NCBI GenBank assembly: GCA_045863395.1
Contig: BTVJ01000086.1
Coordinates: 1 to 32,967, forward strand
Source: Myxococcales bacterium
GTDB taxonomy: Bacteria; Myxococcota_A; UBA9042; JABWCM01; BTVJ01
Direction: 5' to 3'
Length of the DNA: 32,967 bases
In this document: positions 1 through 8,091 of the stretch, piece by piece
Layout of the letters: the number at the start of each line of letters is the position of its first letter
Numbering within the stretch: the stretch's first letter is position 1
Made by a program: the position numbers and the translations under genes
The notes under the pieces: generated by a model
What the model was told of the DNA's origin: nothing
Seen by the model: only the letters and a program-made list of their open reading frames with translations
Database searches by the model: none

Positions 1-2
1 TG

Positions 3-929
3 ATGCGGCGCATCATCCGCCTCGATGTCTCCCCCGAGTGCTGGGCGCTGTTCAAAGACGCCATGGCGCGGATTCGCCGGGCCGCCCCGGACCCACTCTC
101 GGAGGAGGAGGCCTTTCTAGAATTGTGTCGGCGCTCCCTGACGAGCACCTCAACGTCCGACACCGCTCCCTACCAGGTCCTGCTGACCCTCTGCGAGGAC
201 TGCGGGCGGACTTGGCAGGACGCGGGCGGAGAGTCCGTGGAGCTGCCCCCCGAGGTGGGCGAGCGCGCCCTGTGCGACGCGCAGATCCTCGGGGTTCACG
301 ATGAAAGAGCCAGCGCTGAGGTGGTCTCGCCGCCGCCTGCCGCAGCCGACGGCACCCTGACCCACACGGGACCAGCCGGGGAGTGTTCCGGCGCCATGTC
401 CGGCCCGACCGTCGATTCGTCGAGCGGTTCCAGGGCTCAGGGGGCCACCACCCACACCCACGTGGGTCACGGGCGCACGGCGCGGACGGTCCGCGGGAAG
501 TCGCGGCGGGACGTCATCCGCCGAGACAACGGCAAGTGCCAGGTGCCGGGGTGCAGGAACCACGTCTGGCTGGAGGTGCACCACCTCCGGCCGCGCAGCG
601 AGGGCGGGAGCCATGCCCACTGGAACCTCCTGGTCCTGTGCGGCACCCACCACGCGGCGCTCCACCACGGATTCCTCGTCATCGAAGGCAGCGCCAACGC
701 CAACCTCCGCTTCTTCCACGCAGACGGCACCCCCTACGGCGAGGCCCCGAGACCCGTCGACGTGGACTCCAGCGCCGACGCCTTCGCCGCGCTGAGAGGT
801 CTCGGCTTCAGCGAGACCGAGTCACGCCAGGCGCTGGCGGCCGCCCGCACCCACGTGGGTGCAGGCGCCAGCGCCGAGGCGCTGATCACCGCCGCGCTCC
901 GGCTCCGCTCGCTCGACCGCGCCGCGTGA
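3..929 (+). CDS. HNH endonuclease with C-terminal RuvA-domain-III-like helical tail (5' end lies outside the window)
   Basis: HNH/Zn motif CQVPGC..LEVHHLRPRSEGG..NLLVLCGTHHAALH. The C-terminus DAFAALRGLGFSETESRQAL..AEALITAALR matches the RuvA C-terminal pattern. There is also an upstream CxxC (CEDC). Confidence 0.85.
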   Translation: MRRIIRLDVSPECWALFKDAMARIRRAAPDPLSEEEAFLELCRRSLTSTSTSDTAPYQVLLTLCEDCGRTWQDAGGESVELPPEVGERALCDAQILGVHDERASAEVVSPPPAAADGTLTHTGPAGECSGAMSGPTVDSSSGSRAQGATTHTHVGHGRTARTVRGKSRRDVIRRDNGKCQVPGCRNHVWLEVHHLRPRSEGGSHAHWNLLVLCGTHHAALHHGFLVIEGSANANLRFFHADGTPYGEAPRPVDVDSSADAFAALRGLGFSETESRQALAAARTHVGAGASAEALITAALRLRSLDRAA

Positions 930-1358
930 GCTCGCGGCCCCAAGAGGCGACACGACACCCGGCGTACCGGCCAGGTGCAGGCGCCGTCTCCGAGCGTCGG
1001 AGGACCCGGCCAGGCGTCTCACGACGGCGCCTCCCGGGCGGGGCCCGCGTCGAGCCCGCCGACCGAGCCGCCCCTCCAGCGCGTACTCCGGCTCCCCTCG
1101 CCGAGTCCCGAGGACCTCCCCCGGCAGCCGCGGTGGCAGCGCACCGCCCTCTGCGGCGGGCACCCCTGGCGAAAAGTCCCGCGGCGGCAAGTGGTTGCAT
1201 TTCGATTGCCCCCGTGAGAGGGCTCGCACAATCCGACCGACTCGGGTACGCGTGGCGCGCACTACGCCCCGCGCTCACGCGCACCTTCAAGATCGACCCA
1301 AAGACCGACCGGCAACCGCCGACGAGGCAGGCCGCGTGAGCTGGATTCGTCATGGCGG

Positions 1359-2369
1359 ATGGGCACCCACAGGACGGTGCGCGAGCTGGAGCAGGCGGTC
1401 AGCGGCCTGGTGCCCGGCGACAGGCCAGGAGACCCGCCGGACCCCCACTTGATGCGACGCATCATCCGCGTCGAGGTCTCCTCCGAGTGCTGGGCGCTGT
1501 TCAAGCACGCCATGGTGCGGACTCGCAGGGCGACCGCGGACTCACTCTCCAAAGAGGACGCCTTCGTGGAGCTGTGTCGACGCTCCCTGGCGGGCGCATC
1601 CACGCCGGCCACGGCCCCCTACCAGGTCCTGCTGACCCCCTGCGACGACTGCGGCCGGACGTGGCAGCACGTGGGTGGAGACTCGGTGGAACTGCCCCCC
1701 GAGGTGGGCGAGCCCGCCCTGTGCGACGCGCAGACTCTCCGGGACCACGACGCCTGCCGCGACGTCGCGCTGCAGCCGTCGCCTGAGCCATGTGGAGATG
1801 GCGCAATTCCCCCCGCACCGCCAGCCGAGCAGCACGCCGGCGACGTCCCGGACCGGGCCGTCCATGCTGCAGACGTTCCCAGGGCGCACGCCGCCCCCAC
1901 CCACGTGGGTCACGGACGCTCCACGCGGCCGGGCCCGTCGAGGACCCGGCTGGCCGTCATCCGGCGCGACAGCGGCACGTGACAGGTGCCAGGGTTCAAG
2001 AACCACGTCTGGCTGGAGGTGCACCACCTCCGGCCGCGCAGCGAGGGCGGCAACCACGCCCACGGCAACCTCACGGTCCTCTGCGCCGCCCACCACGACG
2101 CCCTCCACCGCGGATTCCTTGTCATCGAGCGCAGCGCCGACGCCACCCTCCGCTTCTCCCACGCGGACGGCACCCCCTACGGAGAGGCCCCGAGACCCGC
2201 CGACGTGGACGCCAGCTCCGACGCCTTCGCCGCCCTGCGGGGCCTCGGCTTCAGCGAGACCGAGTCGCGCCAGGCCCTGGCCGCCGCCCGCACCCACGTG
2301 GGTGCAGGTGCGAGCGCCGAGGCGCTGATCACCGCCGCGCTCCGTCGCACGCTCGACCGGGCCGCGTGA
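1359..2369 (+). pseudogene. Decayed second copy of the HNH/RuvA_C gene
   Basis: ORFs 1359..1982 and 1986..2369 are in the same frame and colinear with 3..929. An in-frame TGA at 1980-1982 replaces the TGC (Cys) of copy 1, and the partner Cys is changed to Phe (PGC to PGF). The region upstream of 1359 looks eroded. Confidence 0.85.
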
Positions 2370-2567
2370 GCCGTGTGACCAGCGCCTGCACCCGACGGCC
2401 CGCGATGGTTCGGCGTGAAGGCGCCGTCCTGCTTCCCCGGCGTCTCGTCCTCACCATCGAGGTCCGTTTGACAGGCACGGGGCCCCCATCCAAACTTCCG
2501 CCGAAACTTGCGTCAGAGCGGCGGCCGGTCCCGCTCTCTTCCATGCAGGCAGCGCGGAGGAGGCGGA

Positions 2568-2690
2568 ATGGGACTCTTCAAGGGGATCGCGGCAGGGTTC
2601 GGGTGCGCAGGGCAAGGCTGTGGCTTCATCATCGGTGTGCTCCTGTTCCTCTCGGTGCTCGGCGCGCTGGGTCGCGCCTGCGGCGGGTGA
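2568..2690 (+). CDS. 40-aa Gly/Cys-rich hydrophobic peptide, probably single-TM
   Basis: Strong RBS GGAGGAGG just upstream of ATG 2568. Sequence MGLFKGIAAGFGCAGQGCGFIIGVLLFLSVLGALGRACGG with GC3-rich codons. Confidence 0.6.
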   Translation: MGLFKGIAAGFGCAGQGCGFIIGVLLFLSVLGALGRACGG

Positions 2691-2847
2691 CCCCGGAGCC
2701 TGCGCGAGGAGCCGCCCGAGCGCCCGCTGCCGATGACGCACGATGCCAGGCACCACGCCCTGGTGCGCCATGGGGAGCAAGCACCGCGTGAGGTCGGCGA
2801 CCATCAACTGGCGGACCCGCGTCCGCACCGCCGGGAGAGTGACTGAC

Positions 2848-4611
2848 ATGGCGACACGCATCGTGAGCTTCATCGGCGTCGGGAGCCACAACCCGAGCAC
2901 CGGGACCCGAACGTACCAGTTGGCGCGGTACGAGCAGCCCGGGCACGCCGGCCCGGCGGCGTCCATCCCTGAGGACCGGCTCGCGGTCGTCGCGACGGCC
3001 CGGCGCATCGCGCTCGATGCCTCCGCGGGGGGCGTCGTGGTCCACCCACTGCTCACGAGCGCCGCTCGGAGGAACTCCTGGCCGCTCCTCGAAGGGGACC
3101 TGCTCGCGCTCAACCTCTCCGGTTTGACGATCCACCCCGTGGACATCCCCAACGGCGCCACGGAGGACGAGCTCTGGGCGATCTTCTCGACCCTGCTCGA
3201 TCTCGCGTCAGAGGGCGACGAGGTCGTCCTGGACGTGACTTACGGCTTCAGGTCATCCCCCGTGCTCATGGTCAGCGCCCTTGGGTACCTGACGCGCGCC
3301 AGAGGTATCGGCTTGCGCGAGGTCGTCTATGGCGCCTTCGACGCCACGCGGACCGAGGACGGCGTGGCCGTCACTCCGGTGTTCGACCTCTCCCCGGTGC
3401 TCGTGCTGCAGGAGTGGACCGGCGCGCTGGCCCACGCGCGGGAGCGAGGCGACTACCGAGTCCTCGCTGGGGTCGTCCAGCGCGCAGCGCGGTCGGCGGG
3501 CAGGGCGCTCGGCCGGGGCACGCCCAGCGCCCTCAGCGCGCTGGCGCGGCCCATGGAGCAGCTCGCGGCGGCCATCGTCGATCCGAGCCTTCCGTTGGTG
3601 CCCGAGAGAGCCCGAGCAGCCGTGGACGCCCTGCGCGCTGCGTCGACGTCCACTTCAGCCCATGCGGCGTTCGCTCCGCTGGCGCCGCTCATCGGAGCCT
3701 TGGTGGACGACATCGCTCCGCTCGTTCCGTCGGACGACACACTCCACGCTCGCCGCCGCGCTCAGCTCCGGCTGGTCGCCTGGACCCTGGACCGTGGGCT
3801 CCACATGCAGGGGTACACATTCCTCCGGGAGACGGCAGTGGACCTGCTCGGAGACTGGCTGACCGCTTCCGACGCAACCCTGGCCCTCTCTCGGCTTGAC
3901 CTGGATCGCGTGTTCGGGCTGCTGTCGAGCCTCGCCATTCCACGCGAGGGGAGGCCCCCGCAGGAGCTGCCACCCGCGGTCGCCCCACGTGGAGCCGCTG
4001 CGCGTCGCGTGACCGAGGCATACCAGGGCCTCGACCCCATCCGTCGCCTCGGCCGGGTGGCCGCCGCCCTCGGGCCCATCCGGAACGCGCTGGACCACGC
4101 GGGCACGAGCGGCGGCGTTCCGCAGCCCGACAGGCTCACGCGGTCCGGCCACGGCCTGCTCGTCGAGCTGGAGACTCTGACCCCACTGCTCTTGGGCCTG
4201 GAGGTCCCCGACGAAGTGTCACGCCGCACGCGGCTGCACGTGCTGCTCAACCACACCCCCACGGAGGATCAGCGTCTGGACGCGCTCTCGGCGCTGCGGG
4301 TCTCCGAGCTCGTGTCTGCTCCCGCCGACGTGCAGGCCATCTGGGGAGACGTGGACCCGGACGCACCCGACGTCGGAGCGCTCGTGAGCAGCCTTGGCGA
4401 GCGGCTGTCATCCACCCTGGCCGACGGAGACATCGTGTGGGTACAGGGAGAAGCGGGGCTCACCCAGGGTCTGGTCGCCGAGCTGTCCTTGCGCGGACAT
4501 CGGTGCGTCTATGCCACCACTCGCCGTGTCGTCCGGCAGGAGGAGACCCCCGATGGGGTCCGAACGGAGCGGGTCTTCCGCCATGTGCGCTTTCGTGACT
4601 ACCCGGCGTGA
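2848..4611 (+). CDS. csx1: Csx1/TM1812-family CARF-HEPN ribonuclease fused to a C-terminal Csx20-like domain
   Basis: N-terminal IVSFIGVG strand; IPNGATEDELWAIF; DVTYGFRSSP (DxTHG motif variant, from 3232); YGAF..PVFDLSP; HEPN RNALDH (R-x4-H, 4081-4098). C-terminal LLNHT.T..Q..DA / W / GD.VWVQGE.G / VYATTRR / FRHVRFRDY matches the Csx20 pattern. Confidence 0.85.
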   Translation: MATRIVSFIGVGSHNPSTGTRTYQLARYEQPGHAGPAASIPEDRLAVVATARRIALDASAGGVVVHPLLTSAARRNSWPLLEGDLLALNLSGLTIHPVDIPNGATEDELWAIFSTLLDLASEGDEVVLDVTYGFRSSPVLMVSALGYLTRARGIGLREVVYGAFDATRTEDGVAVTPVFDLSPVLVLQEWTGALAHARERGDYRVLAGVVQRAARSAGRALGRGTPSALSALARPMEQLAAAIVDPSLPLVPERARAAVDALRAASTSTSAHAAFAPLAPLIGALVDDIAPLVPSDDTLHARRRAQLRLVAWTLDRGLHMQGYTFLRETAVDLLGDWLTASDATLALSRLDLDRVFGLLSSLAIPREGRPPQELPPAVAPRGAAARRVTEAYQGLDPIRRLGRVAAALGPIRNALDHAGTSGGVPQPDRLTRSGHGLLVELETLTPLLLGLEVPDEVSRRTRLHVLLNHTPTEDQRLDALSALRVSELVSAPADVQAIWGDVDPDAPDVGALVSSLGERLSSTLADGDIVWVQGEAGLTQGLVAELSLRGHRCVYATTRRVVRQEETPDGVRTERVFRHVRFRDYPA

Positions 4612-4664
4612 CCCACATGGCGCCCTGGTGCTTGCGCCCAGTGACGCCTCAGGTCACCGCCCTC

Positions 4665-5768
4665 CTACGGATCGCCGCACGCGCCACCTTCCTCCACCAC
4701 GCCCGGCCCGAGCCCGCACGCGACCGGCGCCTCGGGGAGAGCCAGCGGACCCTCAGGCACAGGCCCCACGCCGGGGCACTGCTCGCCTCGGGCGACGCTC
4801 ACCGCCTGGAGCAGCGCCGACTCCGTCTGCTGCCCCACGAGCCGCGCCACCTCGTCTCCCCGCGCGTCGAGGAACACGTAGGTCGGCACGCCGACGACCC
4901 GGTGCTGAGACACCAGGGCTCGGTTCTCCGCCAGGGACACGTCCTTCTTCACGAAGTCGATGCCGCCGTCGCAGCGCTCCTCGATGCGGTCGACCAGGGG
5001 CTGCATCCGCTTGCAGATGGGGCAGTTGGAGGAGTGGAGCTCCAGCACCGCCGGGCGCGCCGACGCCAGCATCACCGGCTCGTCCGCCCGAAGGGCAGGC
5101 GCCAGGTCCCACACCATGGAGCCGGCGACCACCAGGAGCGCCACGCCGATCCCCCTCTCGATGCGCGGCAGCCAGGGCTGCACGCGACGCAGTGCGCGCA
5201 CGCCCGCCTCGGCGAACGCCGCCGTGACGACCAGGGGCAGCGCAAACCCGAGGCCATACGTGAACAGCCACCCAGCGCCGGTCAGGGGGTCCGACGTGTT
5301 GGACGCGGTGTACGTCAGCACCGTGCCGAGGACCGGGCCCACGCAGGGAGACCAGCCCGCGGCGAACACGACGCCCATCAGCACGGCGTTGACGCCGGTG
5401 AACCGCGTGGACATCCGACGGTCGTCCCCCCGCACCACGCGGTCCAGGAGCGGGATGCGCACCAGCCCCAGGAACTTCAGGGCAAAGACGAGGATCAGCG
5501 CGGCGCCGAAGGCCTGCACCGCGGCCTTGTGCTCGACGAGCGCGGCCCCGAGGCTCGACGCGCCGAGCCCGAGCGCGGTGAACACCAGCAGGAAGCCGAG
5601 CGCGAACAGCAGGGCGCGCCCGACGAGCTGGCCCCGCCCGAGGGCGGAGGCGTTGCGCAGGTCGCCACCGAGCAGCGCTGACAGGTAGATGGGGATCACG
5701 GGCAGGACACACGGCGTCAGGTAGGTCAGGAGGCCGGCACCGAAGATTCCGAACAGGTCGAGCTGCAT
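4665..5768 (-). CDS. ccdA: CcdA/DsbD-type thiol-disulfide transporter fused to a thioredoxin domain
   Basis: TM segments with LTPCVLPVIP and WSPCVGPVLG; C-terminal thioredoxin fold with CPIC and GVPTYVF; RBS GGAGG upstream. Confidence 0.85.
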   Translation of the reverse strand: MQLDLFGIFGAGLLTYLTPCVLPVIPIYLSALLGGDLRNASALGRGQLVGRALLFALGFLLVFTALGLGASSLGAALVEHKAAVQAFGAALILVFALKFLGLVRIPLLDRVVRGDDRRMSTRFTGVNAVLMGVVFAAGWSPCVGPVLGTVLTYTASNTSDPLTGAGWLFTYGLGFALPLVVTAAFAEAGVRALRRVQPWLPRIERGIGVALLVVAGSMVWDLAPALRADEPVMLASARPAVLELHSSNCPICKRMQPLVDRIEERCDGGIDFVKKDVSLAENRALVSQHRVVGVPTYVFLDARGDEVARLVGQQTESALLQAVSVARGEQCPGVGPVPEGPLALPEAPVACGLGPGVVEEGGACGDP

Positions 5769-5968
5769 GGGTCCTCCAGGGGAGCGCAGGGCGCGCGCCC
5801 CTCAGAGACGCCAACCGGTGAAAGCGTTGCAGAAGATGTCAGCCGCTGGCGACCGCACGGCGCGCGGCCACCGGTCGGCGGTCGGTGGTCACCCGGCGGT
5901 GGGGTGCACACCGTGGGCCTGGCAGGCTCCCCAGTGGAGCCCCCCCACGGGAGCGCCCCACGACACCC

Positions 5969-7858
5969 TCACGCGGAGACCCACCGCTGAGCGCGCCCCT
6001 CCGCGTCCCGCCGCCCCGACGTCAGCAGGCGCTCCGCCAGCATCATCAGGTCGACGGGCCAGAGCGGCTTCGGGCGTGGCTGCGACACCCCGGCCAGCCC
6101 CCGGATGGGTCGGCAGCTCAGGATGCGGTCACGCCACCGGCCCGGCACGGCGTCCCGCCCATGGACCGCGCCAAGCAGGGCGCCGGCGATGGCGGCGTTG
6201 GTGTCCGTGTCGCCCCCGCGTCGCACCGTGTCCACGACCCCCTCCTCGAGGCTGGGCGCGCTCAAGAGCTGCCAGAAGGCGTTGTGGAGCGCGATGCGCA
6301 CCCACCCCATCTGGTGGTAGTACTCGGCCGGTGGCCCCACAGCCGCCGCAGCCACCGTCTGCTGCACGTCGGGGTGCAGCGAGGACGCCAGGTCGGTCGC
6401 GAACCGGTAGAGCGAGGCGGGGTCGCGTCCCTCACGCACGGCGCAGGCGAGGGTCGCGGCGAAGACGGCGTTCGCGTCCTGGCAGACCCGGTGGGGATGC
6501 GTCAGAGCGGCGTCGGCCCGCGCCGCGTCCATGGCGTCGTCGGGCGTCGCCGCGTGCAGGAACACCCCGAGGGGCGCCACGCGCATCAGCGCCCCGTTGG
6601 CCTGGCTCGTGCGGCTCGCGGCGCGCCGGGCGGCGTCCGCCACCGCCGCACCGCGGTCCAAGGCGCGCGCAGCGGGCTCCAGCGCGGTGGCCGTGGTCCC
6701 CCCCATGTCGTAGGGGGGCGACCGGTACCACCAGGCGTAGGCACGGGCGATGGCCTCCTCGTCGAGCCCGCTCGCCACGAGCGCCCGCGCCAGACACAGC
6801 GCCATCTCCGAGTCGTCGGTGGGCTGGCCCCCCAGGGTGTTCCAGTGGCCGCCGTCGATGAGGTCGCGGGGCCCCTCGGACCACAGCGCCGCGATGGTCG
6901 CCGCAGTCTTGAACTCCACGAGCCCCCCCAGGGCGTCCCCTGCCACCAGCCCCAGCAGGCACCCCTGGGCGCGGGACAGGACGCCGACATCGGCCACCAG
7001 GTCGCCCCGCACCGGCCCTGCCAGGCCGTAGGGCTCCCGCGGGTCCTGCGGGTGAGTCGGCGGCGCACCCCGCAGCGCCAGTGCCCGCGCCACCTCCACG
7101 CTGCCGCCGCAGCAGGACCCGAGCCCGTGGGTGTGGCGGTCGTCGTAGGTGACCGGGATGCCGCTCGCCGTCACCAGCTCGCCGCCGGCGCCGAGGAGCA
7201 GCGCGTGCCCGCCAGCCACGTCGTAGTCCTGCGGCCCCCCGAACGAGGTCGCGGCGGCGGCCTCCCCGGCGGCAACCAACGCGAGGCGGTAGGCAATGCT
7301 CGGGACTGCCCGGAAGCGCGCGGGGGCGACTGTGGCGGCGTTGGCAGCGGAGCAGCGGTCCGCGTGATGGGACACGAGCACCGTATGGGAGGCGTCGAGG
7401 CGGGTGGGCAAGGGGCCACTCACCTGCGCGCCGTTACGGGTGAGCGCCCCCCCCTCGGCCCAGGCGAACAGGTCGCCGCGGTCGTCGGGGGCAGCGTAGG
7501 CGTACACCACGCCCAGCACCGGGCGCCCGCCGTGGATGAGCCCGATGGACACGGCGGACCCCCGCTCACACTCGTGAAACGGAGACGTCCCGTCGTTGGG
7601 GTCCACGAGCCAGACGGGGGCGCCCGCTGCCCCGGTTCGGTTCTCCGCGGGGCGCTCCTCGGCGCGGAAGCCCCACGTCGGGAAGGCCTCGGTGAGGCCG
7701 GCCCGGATCAGGTCCTCGGCCTCCCGGTCCGCTGGTGCCTTGTGCCGGTCCCCTCGGGGCCCGCCGGGGCGGTGCAGCTCCTGCCGGAGCAGCTCCCCCG
7801 CCGCAAGCGCTGCCTCGACTGCCAGATCCAGCGCCTCACGCCACCGCGTGTCTCCCAT
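5969..7858 (-). CDS. Inositol-monophosphatase-family domain fused to an ADP-ribosylglycohydrolase (DraG-like) domain
   Basis: IMPase motifs ADREAE, AEE, DPNDGT, YDVAGG. ARH motifs GCLLG..GDALG, TDDSEMA, ANGALMR, GGDTDTNAAIAGALLGA. RBS GGAGG precedes ATG 7858. Confidence 0.9.
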   Translation of the reverse strand: MGDTRWREALDLAVEAALAAGELLRQELHRPGGPRGDRHKAPADREAEDLIRAGLTEAFPTWGFRAEERPAENRTGAAGAPVWLVDPNDGTSPFHECERGSAVSIGLIHGGRPVLGVVYAYAAPDDRGDLFAWAEGGALTRNGAQVSGPLPTRLDASHTVLVSHHADRCSAANAATVAPARFRAVPSIAYRLALVAAGEAAAATSFGGPQDYDVAGGHALLLGAGGELVTASGIPVTYDDRHTHGLGSCCGGSVEVARALALRGAPPTHPQDPREPYGLAGPVRGDLVADVGVLSRAQGCLLGLVAGDALGGLVEFKTAATIAALWSEGPRDLIDGGHWNTLGGQPTDDSEMALCLARALVASGLDEEAIARAYAWWYRSPPYDMGGTTATALEPAARALDRGAAVADAARRAASRTSQANGALMRVAPLGVFLHAATPDDAMDAARADAALTHPHRVCQDANAVFAATLACAVREGRDPASLYRFATDLASSLHPDVQQTVAAAAVGPPAEYYHQMGWVRIALHNAFWQLLSAPSLEEGVVDTVRRGGDTDTNAAIAGALLGAVHGRDAVPGRWRDRILSCRPIRGLAGVSQPRPKPLWPVDLMMLAERLLTSGRRDAEGRAQRWVSA

Positions 7859-8091
7859 CGGTCCCTCCATCATCCACCGAAGCTGCCACACGGAGCGAGC
7901 CGGGAGCAAGGCACTGGCTCTCCTGGTGTGGAGATTTGTACCTCACCGGTCGCAGGTGTGAAACCGTGTGCCGTCCGCCGGTCCGGGATCGCCGCATCGC
8001 CGCTGGGGACGTCGCCAGCAGACTCGCTCGATCCGGTAGCCCAAGTCGCCGCTTGCGGTCCGCGCCGGGCGTTGCTAGGCTCGCCGGCGCC

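Larger units (their letters stand above)
1..2369 (+). repeat. Diverged direct repeat of about 0.9 kb (1-929 vs about 1450-2369)
   Basis: Near-identical blocks, e.g. tgatgcg.cgcatcatccgc at 1 and 1450, aaccacgtctggctggaggtgcaccacctccggccgcgcagcgagggcgg in both copies, and a shared end gctcgaccg.gccgcgtgagc. The central linker is divergent. Confidence 0.9.

Noticed and set aside
1185..1199. sigma54-like CGGCAAGTGGTTGCA
   Set aside because: GG-to-GC spacing is 9 nt rather than the required 10.
1980..2015. Selenocysteine readthrough (UGA aligned to Cys, with a small hairpin downstream)
   Set aside because: The position is a structural Zn ligand, the partner Cys is also mutated, and the 5' region is eroded. 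Simple decay is more parsimonious.
1..2450. IS element or transposon around the HNH genes
   Set aside because: No transposase, terminal inverted repeats or target-site duplication are visible in the available sequence.
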